NCBI GenBank assembly: GCA_900319865.1
Contig: ONQD01000009.1
Location: forward strand, 10,590 to 74,589
Direction of reading: 5' to 3'
Length of the DNA: 64,000 nt
From: an uncultured Bacteroidales bacterium
GTDB taxonomy: Bacteria > Bacteroidota > Bacteroidia > Bacteroidales > P3
The notes under the pieces are model-generated. The model was not told where the DNA came from. It did no database searches and was given only the letters and a program-made list of their open reading frames with translations. The position numbers were made by a program, and so were the translations under genes. Positions 46,550 through 55,736 of this stretch are shown here, in pieces. The first letter of the stretch is position 1, and each line of letters opens with the position of its first letter.

Positions 46550-46912
46550 TTAATAAAGAGGCTTAATGCCCGCCTGATACAAAAGCCCGCACGTCTTGAA
46601 CATAGAATAGCTGGTAGCAATGAGAACCATATCGTTTTCCTCTGCCAACTCTATCATATCCTCGGTGGGCTTCTTGTTGCGCACAAAAACCACAATATCC
46701 AACGTGGCCATATCGCACGTACGGATGGTTTGCACATTACACAAACCCGTCACCAACATCGGGGTCTCCTTGAGCGTCAACACATCGCTCATCAAATCCG
46801 AGGCAAAGGCCGTAGTCACCTCCTCGCCCAATCTCTCGCTTCCCAGATATACTGTTGCGCTGAGCTTTTCAACTATTTCCTGCAGTGTCATGATATTCGT
46901 TTTATTAATCAA
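46550..46912 (-). CDS. DRTGG-domain protein
   Basis: 120 aa. ASDLMSDVLTL ... LVTGLCNVQTIRT. First gene of the three-gene module. Confidence 0.7.
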   Translation of the reverse strand: MINKTNIMTLQEIVEKLSATVYLGSERLGEEVTTAFASDLMSDVLTLKETPMLVTGLCNVQTIRTCDMATLDIVVFVRNKKPTEDMIELAEENDMVLIATSYSMFKTCGLLYQAGIKPLY

Positions 46913-47149
46913 TAAAATGGTTCATTGAATTTGCAAATATACGAAATATCTTTTAATGAATAGTTAATTTCCTCAAATAATTTTTCCACACTCCTCCACA
47001 CCCCCACCCGGAAATAGCCCAAATCCATATACCTATCTACAAGAAAATGCGGCAGTTCCATCACCCCTCACCACCCTCCAACACAACCCACAAAACACCA
47101 TATCCCCATACAATAAAAACAGCAATGCAGCGTTAATGTGGCAACAAAA

Positions 47150-48097
47150 ATGAGCTCAAATCACATTACAACAACACACCTCATGACCCTCCCCCCGTTC
47201 CTCTCGCCAGGCGACCGTGTAGCCTTTGCCGCACCGGCCCGCAAAATAATGCCCTCCGAACTGCAACCCGCCATCAGCCTGCTGCAATCGTGGGGGCTTC
47301 AACCCGTCGTGCCCGACCACCTCTATGACTCCTACCACCAATTCGCCGGCCCCGACAGCATCCGCTCCGCACTGATGCAACAACTGCTCGACGACCCGGA
47401 AATCAAAGCCATATTCTGCGTCCGCGGCGGTTACGGAACCGTCCGCATCATCGACAACCTCGACTTCTCACACTTTGCCCAACACCCCAAATGGATTGTA
47501 GGATACAGCGACATCACCGTACTCCACAGCCACATACAGCAAAACCTCGGCATTGCCACCCTCCACGCCACAATGCCCATCGACATAGAGGCCAACCACC
47601 TCCTCTCCCCCACCCCAGCCCTTCAGTCACTCCACTCCGCCCTCTTCGGCAAAAACCTCTGCCACACACTGTCCTCCCACCCCTTCAACCGCCCAGGCTC
47701 CCGCCGCGCCCCACTCACCGGCGGCAACCTCTCCATACTCTACAGCCTCTCCGGGTCGGCCAGCGACATATCCACCGAAGGCAAAATACTCTTCATCGAA
47801 GACCTCGACGAATATCTCTACCACATCGACCGCATGATGCAGAACCTGAAACGCTCAGGACACCTTGCCGACCTCGCCGCGCTGATAGTGGGCCAGCTCA
47901 ACAAAATGCACGACAACACCATCCCTTTCGGCCGCTCAGCCGAAGAAATAGTGCTCGACGCCGTCTCCACCTACAACTATCCCGTCTGCTTCAACTTCCC
48001 CTCCGGCCACATCGGCCCCGACAACCGCGCCCTCATCCTCGGGCAGGAAGCACACCTCATTGTCGGCGACGAAGTGCAACTGCATTTCCTCCCATAA
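47150..48097 (+). CDS. ldcA: LD-carboxypeptidase (peptidase S66)
   Basis: GYSDITVLH (Ser nucleophile), FIEDLDEYLYHIDRM and FPSGHIGPDN triad context. The start is ambiguous: GTG 47138, ATG 47150 or ATG 47183. Confidence 0.8.
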   Translation: MSSNHITTTHLMTLPPFLSPGDRVAFAAPARKIMPSELQPAISLLQSWGLQPVVPDHLYDSYHQFAGPDSIRSALMQQLLDDPEIKAIFCVRGGYGTVRIIDNLDFSHFAQHPKWIVGYSDITVLHSHIQQNLGIATLHATMPIDIEANHLLSPTPALQSLHSALFGKNLCHTLSSHPFNRPGSRRAPLTGGNLSILYSLSGSASDISTEGKILFIEDLDEYLYHIDRMMQNLKRSGHLADLAALIVGQLNKMHDNTIPFGRSAEEIVLDAVSTYNYPVCFNFPSGHIGPDNRALILGQEAHLIVGDEVQLHFLP

Positions 48098-48186
48098 CGA
48101 ACACCCACATCAATCAATACCGCCCATCGCAGCACCGAACCAGCATCAACAAAATAAAGTGTGAATCCAAAGAAGGTTCGGTATAG

Positions 48187-48271
48187 GTCCAGTGTAGCTT
48201 CGGTGTAGGTCCAGTGTAAGTTCAGCATGGGTCCAGTGTGAGTCCAGTGTAAGTTCAGCGTGGGTCCAGTG
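48187..48271. repeat. Five copies of GTCCAGTG in an irregular tandem array
   Basis: Copies start at 48187, 48209, 48231, 48242 and 48264. Two longer units GTCCAGTGTAAGTTCAGCrTGG. Confidence 0.75.
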
Positions 48272-49174
48272 CTGATTCGAAAAAAAAGCGAACCTATTCA
48301 TAGCCTACATCACCTCCTACCCGATACCCATCCGCAGCCATTCCATCACAGCTTCCCCATCTCATTCCTATTAAACAGATGCAACACACCTCCTCTTTGC
48401 ACGTTTCATCCTCCCTACTCATCCAGCCAACCGCAAAACCTTCATCCAACCTCTCGTTTTCATCACCTCCACAACCGACAACCCCCACAACAAACTCTCC
48501 TCAAATTCCCTCTGCACATAATATTACGCCCTATCCCATTACCCTTCTGCATCCAACCCAAACAATCATAAGCCTTCCGAACCAACATTCTTCACCATAT
48601 AATCGCTTGAACCGTTAATCATATCACCCCATCCCACTCAGCAATCCAGCCTCATGTTTCTCCGTCCCGCCTCCGATTATAAATCACTTTTTCCGCAGGC
48701 CTTTAATATCATTTATTAACCGTTAAGCTTAATACAAACTTATTACAAGGTAAATACATGGTTAATATATATCAAACAAGCAGCTATGCCACAGCGAAAT
48801 AGGATATGCGGTTCTTCATACTGACACCCCACATATATACAGCTGATTTACAGAGTATAAATAACAATAATGCTTGAATCATGCAAAACTGTTTGAAGGA
48901 GTATTGACCCCTAACAGCTATTAGGGGGATTGAAACAAAAAGGGACAATCGTCAAATACCGAAGGGTGCCTATTACTACTGCATATTGTTATCGCAATTA
49001 CGGGCAAGATATAGGAATGGTTCCTGCCTGCCTAAAATAATTGTGTAGAGCCCTCCGCGGCATAACGATACCATTCGTCAGCGGTAACTTTGGAATCAGG
49101 CATCACGGGGTCGGTAACAGTCAAAAATAATTGATGCAAAGTGAAAACATTTTACATAAATCAAAAAAAAGTCG

Positions 49175-49182
49175 TATCTTTG
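49175..49182 (+). promoter_or_regulatory. -7 box TAtcTTTG
   Basis: Exact TAnnTTTG 22 nt upstream of the ATG at 49204. This supports that start over the ORF-track GTG at 49141. Confidence 0.5.
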
Positions 49183-49203
49183 CATTTTAAAATACAACAG
49201 TCT

Positions 49204-50535
49204 ATGCTGCTGATATTTGTTCCCAAACTAACCAACAGGCTTGGCTACACCATCAATGTAGTCATGCGGAATATATTGCAAACCGAGTTTGCAATCACCG
49301 TCGACCCCGACACCTTCCGCAACCATCCAGAAGCCAAGCTGTGCTACGACTCCCACCCACTCGACAACTGCGACGCTATATTTATCAAGGCACGCAACCT
49401 GCTTTTCGAAACTACTATCGAAGAGCAAGAATGCCAATGCTTTGAGTACAACGGCATTCCTGTATTGTTCCCCTGTTACGGGCGCAACACAGAGCTGCCT
49501 TTCGATCCTTTTGCAGCCATATTCTATATGATTTCACGTTATGAGGAATACCTGCCACACCGCAATGATATCCACGGGCGTTTTCTCGCCACCGAAAGCA
49601 TCGCATACAAAAACGGATTTCTGCAGATGGCTGTTGTGGACCGCTGGGCGTTAATGCTCAAGGACATCATATTGAAACACTATCCCGACACCGTTTTCTC
49701 AAAGCGCATATTCAACTTTGTGCAAACCATTGATATCGACTCGGCCTACTGCTACCTCAACAAAGGCATTTTCCGCACAACCCTGGGGTTCATGCGCGAC
49801 GGGCTGCACCGCCATGACAAGGAAATGGTAAGACATCGCATGAGGGTGCTGAGGGGTAAGGAACATGACCCGTTCGACACTTTCGACTACGTCATCGAGC
49901 TCAACCAGAAGCTCCCCAACCGCTTCAGTCTGCTGTTCTTTACCCTGCTGGGCGACTACGGCATATACGACAAGCCCATCTCTTCATACAATAACGAATT
50001 CAGGCAACTGCTGCAGCATCTGGGCGACTATGCAAAGATAGGAATCCATTGTTCATACTATTCTACTGACGAGCCCGACCGCATCGTGCGCGAGACGCAA
50101 CGGCTTTCGGAAATACTGCATCGCCCAATAGTGCGCAACCGGTTCCATTTCCTTCGTTTCAACCTGCCTGGTGCATACCGAAACTTGGTGCGGGCCGGAG
50201 TAACGCACGACTATTCGATGGGGTATGCCGACCTGCCCGGGTTCCGCAACGGAACATGCTCGATAGTGCCGTTTTTCGACCTCAGTTCCGACCAGGAGAG
50301 CGACCTGAGCATGCACCCATTCATGACGATGGACACTACCTTCCATACGCACATGAAGCTATCCCCCAAACAGGCCACGGAAAAGTATCACGCTCTGGTG
50401 GACGAGGTGGAGGCAGTGGGCGGTACCTTCAGCTGCATATTCCACAATCAAAACCTTTGCGAAGAATTTGGCTGGGAAGGTTGGCGCGAGGTGTATGAAG
50501 ACCTGCTTGAATATGTTGCCGAGAAACTGAAATGA
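49204..50535 (+). CDS. Conserved hypothetical protein (possibly polysaccharide-deacetylase-like)
   Basis: 443 aa. N-terminal MLLIFVPKLTNRLGYTINVVMRNIL. Lies upstream of kdsC. The family assignment is from memory only. Confidence 0.45.
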   Translation: MLLIFVPKLTNRLGYTINVVMRNILQTEFAITVDPDTFRNHPEAKLCYDSHPLDNCDAIFIKARNLLFETTIEEQECQCFEYNGIPVLFPCYGRNTELPFDPFAAIFYMISRYEEYLPHRNDIHGRFLATESIAYKNGFLQMAVVDRWALMLKDIILKHYPDTVFSKRIFNFVQTIDIDSAYCYLNKGIFRTTLGFMRDGLHRHDKEMVRHRMRVLRGKEHDPFDTFDYVIELNQKLPNRFSLLFFTLLGDYGIYDKPISSYNNEFRQLLQHLGDYAKIGIHCSYYSTDEPDRIVRETQRLSEILHRPIVRNRFHFLRFNLPGAYRNLVRAGVTHDYSMGYADLPGFRNGTCSIVPFFDLSSDQESDLSMHPFMTMDTTFHTHMKLSPKQATEKYHALVDEVEAVGGTFSCIFHNQNLCEEFGWEGWREVYEDLLEYVAEKLK

Positions 50536-50563
50536 CAACAAATACACATACAAAAGAAACACT

Positions 50564-51100
50564 ATGATTAACTACAAAGAGAAACTACACGATATACGCG
50601 CCTTCGTATTCGACTTCGACGGAGTGATGACCGACGGCAGCGTGTGGACCTATGCCGACGGCGAGACAGTCCGTTTCGGAAATATTAAGGACGGCTACGC
50701 AATACAATATGCTGTAAAGAAAGGGTATATCATCGCCTTGATATCGGGTGCCACCTCGAAAAGTATCGACAACAGGATGGCAGCCCTGGGAGTGGAACAA
50801 TGCTACACTGGATGCGCCAACAAGATGGACACATACCGTCAGTTTCTCAAGGACAACAATCTGGACGAGAGTCAGGTAGTGTGTATGGGCGACGATATTC
50901 CAGACTACGAAATCATGTCGCACTGCGCTGTGGCTGCATGCCCAGCCGATGCGGCCACCGAAATCAAGGAGATAAGTCATTATATCTCATTATACGGGGG
51001 TGGACACGGATGTGTACGCGACATTATAGAACAAGTGCTGCGACTTCAAGGCAACTGGTTCGACCCCAACAAAAAACACCACGACGCCCTGCACTGGTAG
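50564..51100 (+). CDS. kdsC: KDO 8-phosphate phosphatase (HAD-IIIA)
   Basis: FVFDFDGVMTDG, GATSKS...R and MGDDIPD motifs. 178 aa. Confidence 0.85.
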   Translation: MINYKEKLHDIRAFVFDFDGVMTDGSVWTYADGETVRFGNIKDGYAIQYAVKKGYIIALISGATSKSIDNRMAALGVEQCYTGCANKMDTYRQFLKDNNLDESQVVCMGDDIPDYEIMSHCAVAACPADAATEIKEISHYISLYGGGHGCVRDIIEQVLRLQGNWFDPNKKHHDALHW

Positions 51101-51162
51101 TGCATAAATAAGAGTATGAACTAAAATATACAGCTATTAAAAGGATACTATATATATTAGTA

Positions 51163-52026
51163 ATGTTGGTTGCCGCAACGACGCAAGCCCAAAACGACTC
51201 CGACGAAATGACCGGCAACACCTCGTCACTGCCTGACGGAAAAGTGATGCTGGGAACCTATTATGCCGACCGGTTCGTGGGGAGGAAGACGTCGTGCGGA
51301 GAGATATTTCGGCAAAACCAATACACCGCCGCACACAAGACTATTCCGATGGGCACCTACCTGCTGGTTACATATCCTGTGACCGAACAACAGGTTGTGG
51401 TGAGAGTGAACGACAGATGCCCCAGAGCGGGTATACTGGACATGACCAAACTGGCCGTTTATTCCATAGGTATCAAAGGGTCGGGGAAGGTGATAGTGAC
51501 AGTCCTGGACCCTGATGAAGGATACGAAATGTGGGTGAACCAAGACACACTGTTGATGGATGCAGCAGACTATTACGCTTTTCGAGACAAGAGCCGGCCG
51601 CGACGTATATCCCCCTACCCCATATCGCCTACCGACAAAACATCTTCCTCTCCACGGAAGAAGGCGCCAATAAAAAAAGAAAAAGCCAATCAGACACCCA
51701 AGGAACAGCATGAACCTCAAGACACTCTGCCATCGCTTGACATAGTGTCAACCGTGCCGCCCGAGCCCACATATATGGAGGCTCCGGTTCACCAAGGAAA
51801 ACTGTACGATATAGAACTCTGCGTGGTCAACTCGCAGATTGCGGCAAACTACGAAGCCCACCGTCTGCCTAACGACCTGCAACCGAAGGTAAAATTTAAG
51901 AAAAATCCAATGAATCAGCAAGTTCAGGTAATTCTAGAACTGGCCGACACACGCAGCCATGCGGTGCGCACACAGGCCATGTTGATAGATGACTTCCCCG
52001 ACAGCTGTCTCACACTTCATGAATAG
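51163..52026 (+). CDS. rlpA: RlpA-family septal lytic transglycosylase-like protein (DPBB plus SPOR-like C-terminus)
   Basis: YYADRFVGRKTSCGEIFRQNQYTAAHKTIPMGTYLLVTY...VVVRVNDRCP. The start is uncertain (see findings). Confidence 0.75.
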   Translation: MLVAATTQAQNDSDEMTGNTSSLPDGKVMLGTYYADRFVGRKTSCGEIFRQNQYTAAHKTIPMGTYLLVTYPVTEQQVVVRVNDRCPRAGILDMTKLAVYSIGIKGSGKVIVTVLDPDEGYEMWVNQDTLLMDAADYYAFRDKSRPRRISPYPISPTDKTSSSPRKKAPIKKEKANQTPKEQHEPQDTLPSLDIVSTVPPEPTYMEAPVHQGKLYDIELCVVNSQIAANYEAHRLPNDLQPKVKFKKNPMNQQVQVILELADTRSHAVRTQAMLIDDFPDSCLTLHE

Positions 52027-52157
52027 CAGGAAAATTCCCTCATACCATACGCATTAACAATACATTGACTAAGAAAAACAGACATATAAATGAAGCCTCG
52101 AAAAAGAAAAAAAGAAAAAAAATATAAAAAAAAGCATTGCATGTGAAGAATTATTAT

Positions 52158-52165
52158 TATCTTTG
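52158..52165 (+). promoter_or_regulatory. -7 box TAtcTTTG upstream of porP
   Basis: Exact TAnnTTTG about 90 nt upstream of the ATG at 52256, preceded by long A-runs. Confidence 0.45.
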
Positions 52166-52255
52166 CAAGTCAAAATCTAGTTTGCTTTTTTGCATAAAAA
52201 GCAAGTTAGACAAGCATATATACAATAGATTATTAAATAGTTACATGATCTCAAA

Positions 52256-53248
52256 ATGAGTACTCACATGAGAATAAGACTAAGCAATAAACTGTCACTT
52301 TTTGTGATAGCCTTGGTATTTTCATGTGTTGCCATGGCACAGGAGCCCCAATTCTCACAATACATGTTCAACAGGATGTCATACAATCCCGGCTATGCAG
52401 GCAGTTCCGGCTCCATCTGCGCTGCTTTGATGTATAGGAATCAGTGGCTGGGGCTGCATTTGGACGCTCCTAACGCCAACGCCAAAGCTGGTTCTACCCC
52501 GCAAGACGTCCTCTTCACTTTCGACATGCCCGTCAAATTCCTCCACGGAGGACTGGGACTGAACGTGGTGAAAGACATGATTGGTTATCATGACAACATT
52601 TCTGCCTCCTTGGATTATGCATTCCGAATGTTTTGGGGAGAGGGTAACTTGTCGGCAGGAGCAGCAGTAAGCCTGATGAGCAGCAAACTGGACAAAGAAA
52701 GCCTCACTCCTGAAGACCCCAACGACCCAGTGCTGTCCGCACTGGGAGAGTCGGCAACCCTGATTGACGCCGGTGTTGGTATATACTATCAGGTTCCCGG
52801 AAAGTATTATGTGGGAGTATCGGTGAAGAACCTCCTCGGAGCCCATAGCGACGAGATAATGTTTACCAACGCCCGCACCGCATACGCGATGGGCGGATTC
52901 GAATATGTGCCTTCCAGCGCTCCTTCCGTGCGCATCAAACCCTCTGCATTGTTGAAGACAGATAATCTGAGCTATTTCCAAGCAGACTTGACTTGCTTAA
53001 TTGATTATCGAAATGCTTTCTGGGGCGGTTTGGGATACCGTGTGCAGGATGCTGTCTACGCATTGGCCGGTATACATTGGAAGAAACTACAAGTAGGTGT
53101 ATCTTACGACTTTACTACCAGCCGTCTGGGTGCTTATAAGTTTGGACGCAGCAAGGGTAGTATTGAATTATACATGAAGTTCTGTTTCAAGGTGGTTGTA
53201 CCCCGCAAACCCAACACCTCTTACGGAAACACCATCATGTTGGAATAG
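52256..53248 (+). CDS. porP: T9SS membrane protein PorP/SprF
   Basis: QEPQFSQYMFNRMSYNPGYAGS signature right after the signal peptide. Confidence 0.85.
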   Translation: MSTHMRIRLSNKLSLFVIALVFSCVAMAQEPQFSQYMFNRMSYNPGYAGSSGSICAALMYRNQWLGLHLDAPNANAKAGSTPQDVLFTFDMPVKFLHGGLGLNVVKDMIGYHDNISASLDYAFRMFWGEGNLSAGAAVSLMSSKLDKESLTPEDPNDPVLSALGESATLIDAGVGIYYQVPGKYYVGVSVKNLLGAHSDEIMFTNARTAYAMGGFEYVPSSAPSVRIKPSALLKTDNLSYFQADLTCLIDYRNAFWGGLGYRVQDAVYALAGIHWKKLQVGVSYDFTTSRLGAYKFGRSKGSIELYMKFCFKVVVPRKPNTSYGNTIMLE

Positions 53249-53387
53249 TAACTATTAAAACGTAAAAATAATTAAAAACGAAACTTTTTGCTTTAATAAT
53301 CGTATAGAACAAATAATTAGACAGCCCAATTGTCGGGCAAAACAATTAGAAGATAACACAAAACGAATAAACAAAAAAGTATATAAT

Positions 53388-54755
53388 ATGAAAAAGTTGT
53401 TTTTCTTGTTAGCAGCCTCAGTAGCATTGTTCTACGGTTGCTCGTCCAATTCCGCTAACGGCGAGTTGGTTGGCGTTCTTGACCGCACAAAATTCGAAGA
53501 CATCGACTTGAAGGGCATGGTTTTTGTGAACCAGGGCAACTTCAGCATGGGTTCCGGTGTGCAGAACAACACCTATGGTGTCACTTCACAGCCACGTACC
53601 ATGCAGGTTGCCTCATTCTTCATGGATGAGACCGAAATCACCAACAATGAATATCGCCAGTTTGTAGCATGGGTCACCGACTCTATCGTCCGCAGAATGT
53701 TGGCCGAGGCTGATGTTGAAGGTGAATACCAGATTGAAGAGAACGAATATGGCGAACCCCTGGATCCCCCAAAGTTGAACAAGAAAACCAAAATCCGCTG
53801 GAACGAAGCCGAAACACGTGAGGCTCTGAACGACCTCTATGTGGCAGAGAAGGATAGATATTTTGGCCGTCGTGAGATTGATGCCTCCAAACTGAACTAT
53901 GAATATTACTGGATTGACTACGCCGATGCATCGCGCAAAGAGGCTGGTGTCCAGAATAAAGAAGAGCATCGCGGAACTCTGTATACCGCACGTCCCCGTG
54001 GCTTGAACAACCGTACAGCTTTCGTTCATAAAGAGAGAATCAACGTTTATCCCGACACTTTGTGCTGGGTGCACGACTACACCTATTCTATGAATGATGA
54101 CTTCACACGCAACTACTTCTGCTCTTCAGCCTACGACAACTATCCTGTGGTGGGTGTTAGCTGGCTCCAAGCAAAAGCATTCTGCATCTGGCGCAGCCAT
54201 TTCCTGAACGACTATCTGGAAAGCATCAGCTATGACCACATGAACGATTTCCGTCTGCCCTCCGAGGCCGAATGGGAATTTGCAGCCCGTGGTGGTATAG
54301 CTGCCGAGAGTTATCCTTGGGGTGGTCCTTATGTGCGCAATCCTAATGGCTGCTTCCTCGCCAACTATGAGCCCCTGCGTGGTGCTTACGATGACGACGG
54401 TGGCGTGCGTACTTTGGTTGTCGGCCACTATGCTCCTAATGATTACGGTCTGTATGACATGTCCGGTAATGTTTCGGAATGGTGCATGGACGCATACAAC
54501 GAGAACACCTATATTGTAGCCAATGCACTGTCTCCCTACTACAACTTCAACGCCAAGGAGAGCGACCCCATCGCAATGAAGCGTAAAGTGGTTCGCGGTG
54601 GTAGCTGGAAAGATCAGAAATACTACATTCAGGTTCAAACCCGTTCTTTCGAGTTCCAGGATACCAGCAAGTGCTATATCGGATTCCGTTGCATCCAGTC
54701 TTATCTGGGACGTGTCAAGGGTGACAACCTGAAGACTGCTTCCAATGTATATTAA
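53388..54755 (+). CDS. porK: T9SS lipoprotein PorK/GldK (FGE-sulfatase fold)
   Basis: Lipobox ALFYGCSS. SUMF1-like motifs (VSWLQAKAFCIW, RLPSEAEWEFAARGG, VVRGGSW). Confidence 0.85.
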   Translation: MKKLFFLLAASVALFYGCSSNSANGELVGVLDRTKFEDIDLKGMVFVNQGNFSMGSGVQNNTYGVTSQPRTMQVASFFMDETEITNNEYRQFVAWVTDSIVRRMLAEADVEGEYQIEENEYGEPLDPPKLNKKTKIRWNEAETREALNDLYVAEKDRYFGRREIDASKLNYEYYWIDYADASRKEAGVQNKEEHRGTLYTARPRGLNNRTAFVHKERINVYPDTLCWVHDYTYSMNDDFTRNYFCSSAYDNYPVVGVSWLQAKAFCIWRSHFLNDYLESISYDHMNDFRLPSEAEWEFAARGGIAAESYPWGGPYVRNPNGCFLANYEPLRGAYDDDGGVRTLVVGHYAPNDYGLYDMSGNVSEWCMDAYNENTYIVANALSPYYNFNAKESDPIAMKRKVVRGGSWKDQKYYIQVQTRSFEFQDTSKCYIGFRCIQSYLGRVKGDNLKTASNVY

Positions 54756-54836
54756 TAGATGGATAGGAGACATCCCGATAACAGTTAGAAATATAATACA
54801 TCATAATATTAAGCAACTCTAAAAAAACAACATACT

Positions 54837-55688
54837 ATGAGCGTTATAGATAATATTGTACGCAGTAAAGGGTACAAAAACTTCATGGCAAAACTATACG
54901 GATGGGGTGCAGCAGTAGTTATTTTTGGTGCCCTGTTCAAAATTAACCACTGGCCCGGCGGTACCGTCATGCTGATTATCGGTATGTGTACTGAGACTGT
55001 GATATTCTTCCTCTCCGCATTTGAACCTCCTCATGTGGAATTTGACTGGACATTGGTATACCCCCAACTTGCTGGGATGCCCGATTCCGAGCAACTCGCC
55101 TCTATCAACGAAACACCTGATAAATTAATTGAAGCACCCGAAGAGAGCAAAGATCCTCTTACAGCGCGGTTGGATAAGATGCTGGAAGAAGCGAATATTA
55201 CTCCTGAATTGATTGAAAGACTGGGTAAAGGCATGGAGAATCTTGCCGACAGCGCTAACGCAATGAACGGCATGGCCAGTGCAACCGCTTCTACAGACAA
55301 GTTTGTGAATAGTCTGGATGGTGCAGCAGATGCAGTCAACTCTCTGAAACACGCAACTGAGGCAGTCAATACACTTACGACCATCTATCAAGAAACAGCA
55401 CAGGCACTCACCAGCGGTGACGCTTCTTATGCCGACGAAATGAAAAAACTTGCAGGAAGTCTCGCATCGGTCAATGCCATGTACGAGATGCAGTTGCAGA
55501 CATCAACCAGTCAGCTTGAAGCCACCAAGGCTGTTGAAGAACGCATACAGAGCATGATGACTAACTTCGCCGACTCGGCAGAAGGCGTGCTGAAATACAA
55601 AGATCAAGTCAATGCACTGACTAGAAAGGTTGCTGAACTGAACAATGTATATGGCAACATGCTTGCTGCAATGCAGACAAAACTCTAA
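54837..55688 (+). CDS. porL: T9SS motor protein PorL/GldL
   Basis: YGWGAAVVIFGALFKINHWPGG...IIGMCTETVIFFLSAFEPP gives two TM helices with the conserved Glu. Confidence 0.85.
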   Translation: MSVIDNIVRSKGYKNFMAKLYGWGAAVVIFGALFKINHWPGGTVMLIIGMCTETVIFFLSAFEPPHVEFDWTLVYPQLAGMPDSEQLASINETPDKLIEAPEESKDPLTARLDKMLEEANITPELIERLGKGMENLADSANAMNGMASATASTDKFVNSLDGAADAVNSLKHATEAVNTLTTIYQETAQALTSGDASYADEMKKLAGSLASVNAMYEMQLQTSTSQLEATKAVEERIQSMMTNFADSAEGVLKYKDQVNALTRKVAELNNVYGNMLAAMQTKL

Positions 55689-55736
55689 TACAACTATCAC
55701 ATTGTTTTAATAAATAAGAACTTCTAATTATAATAT

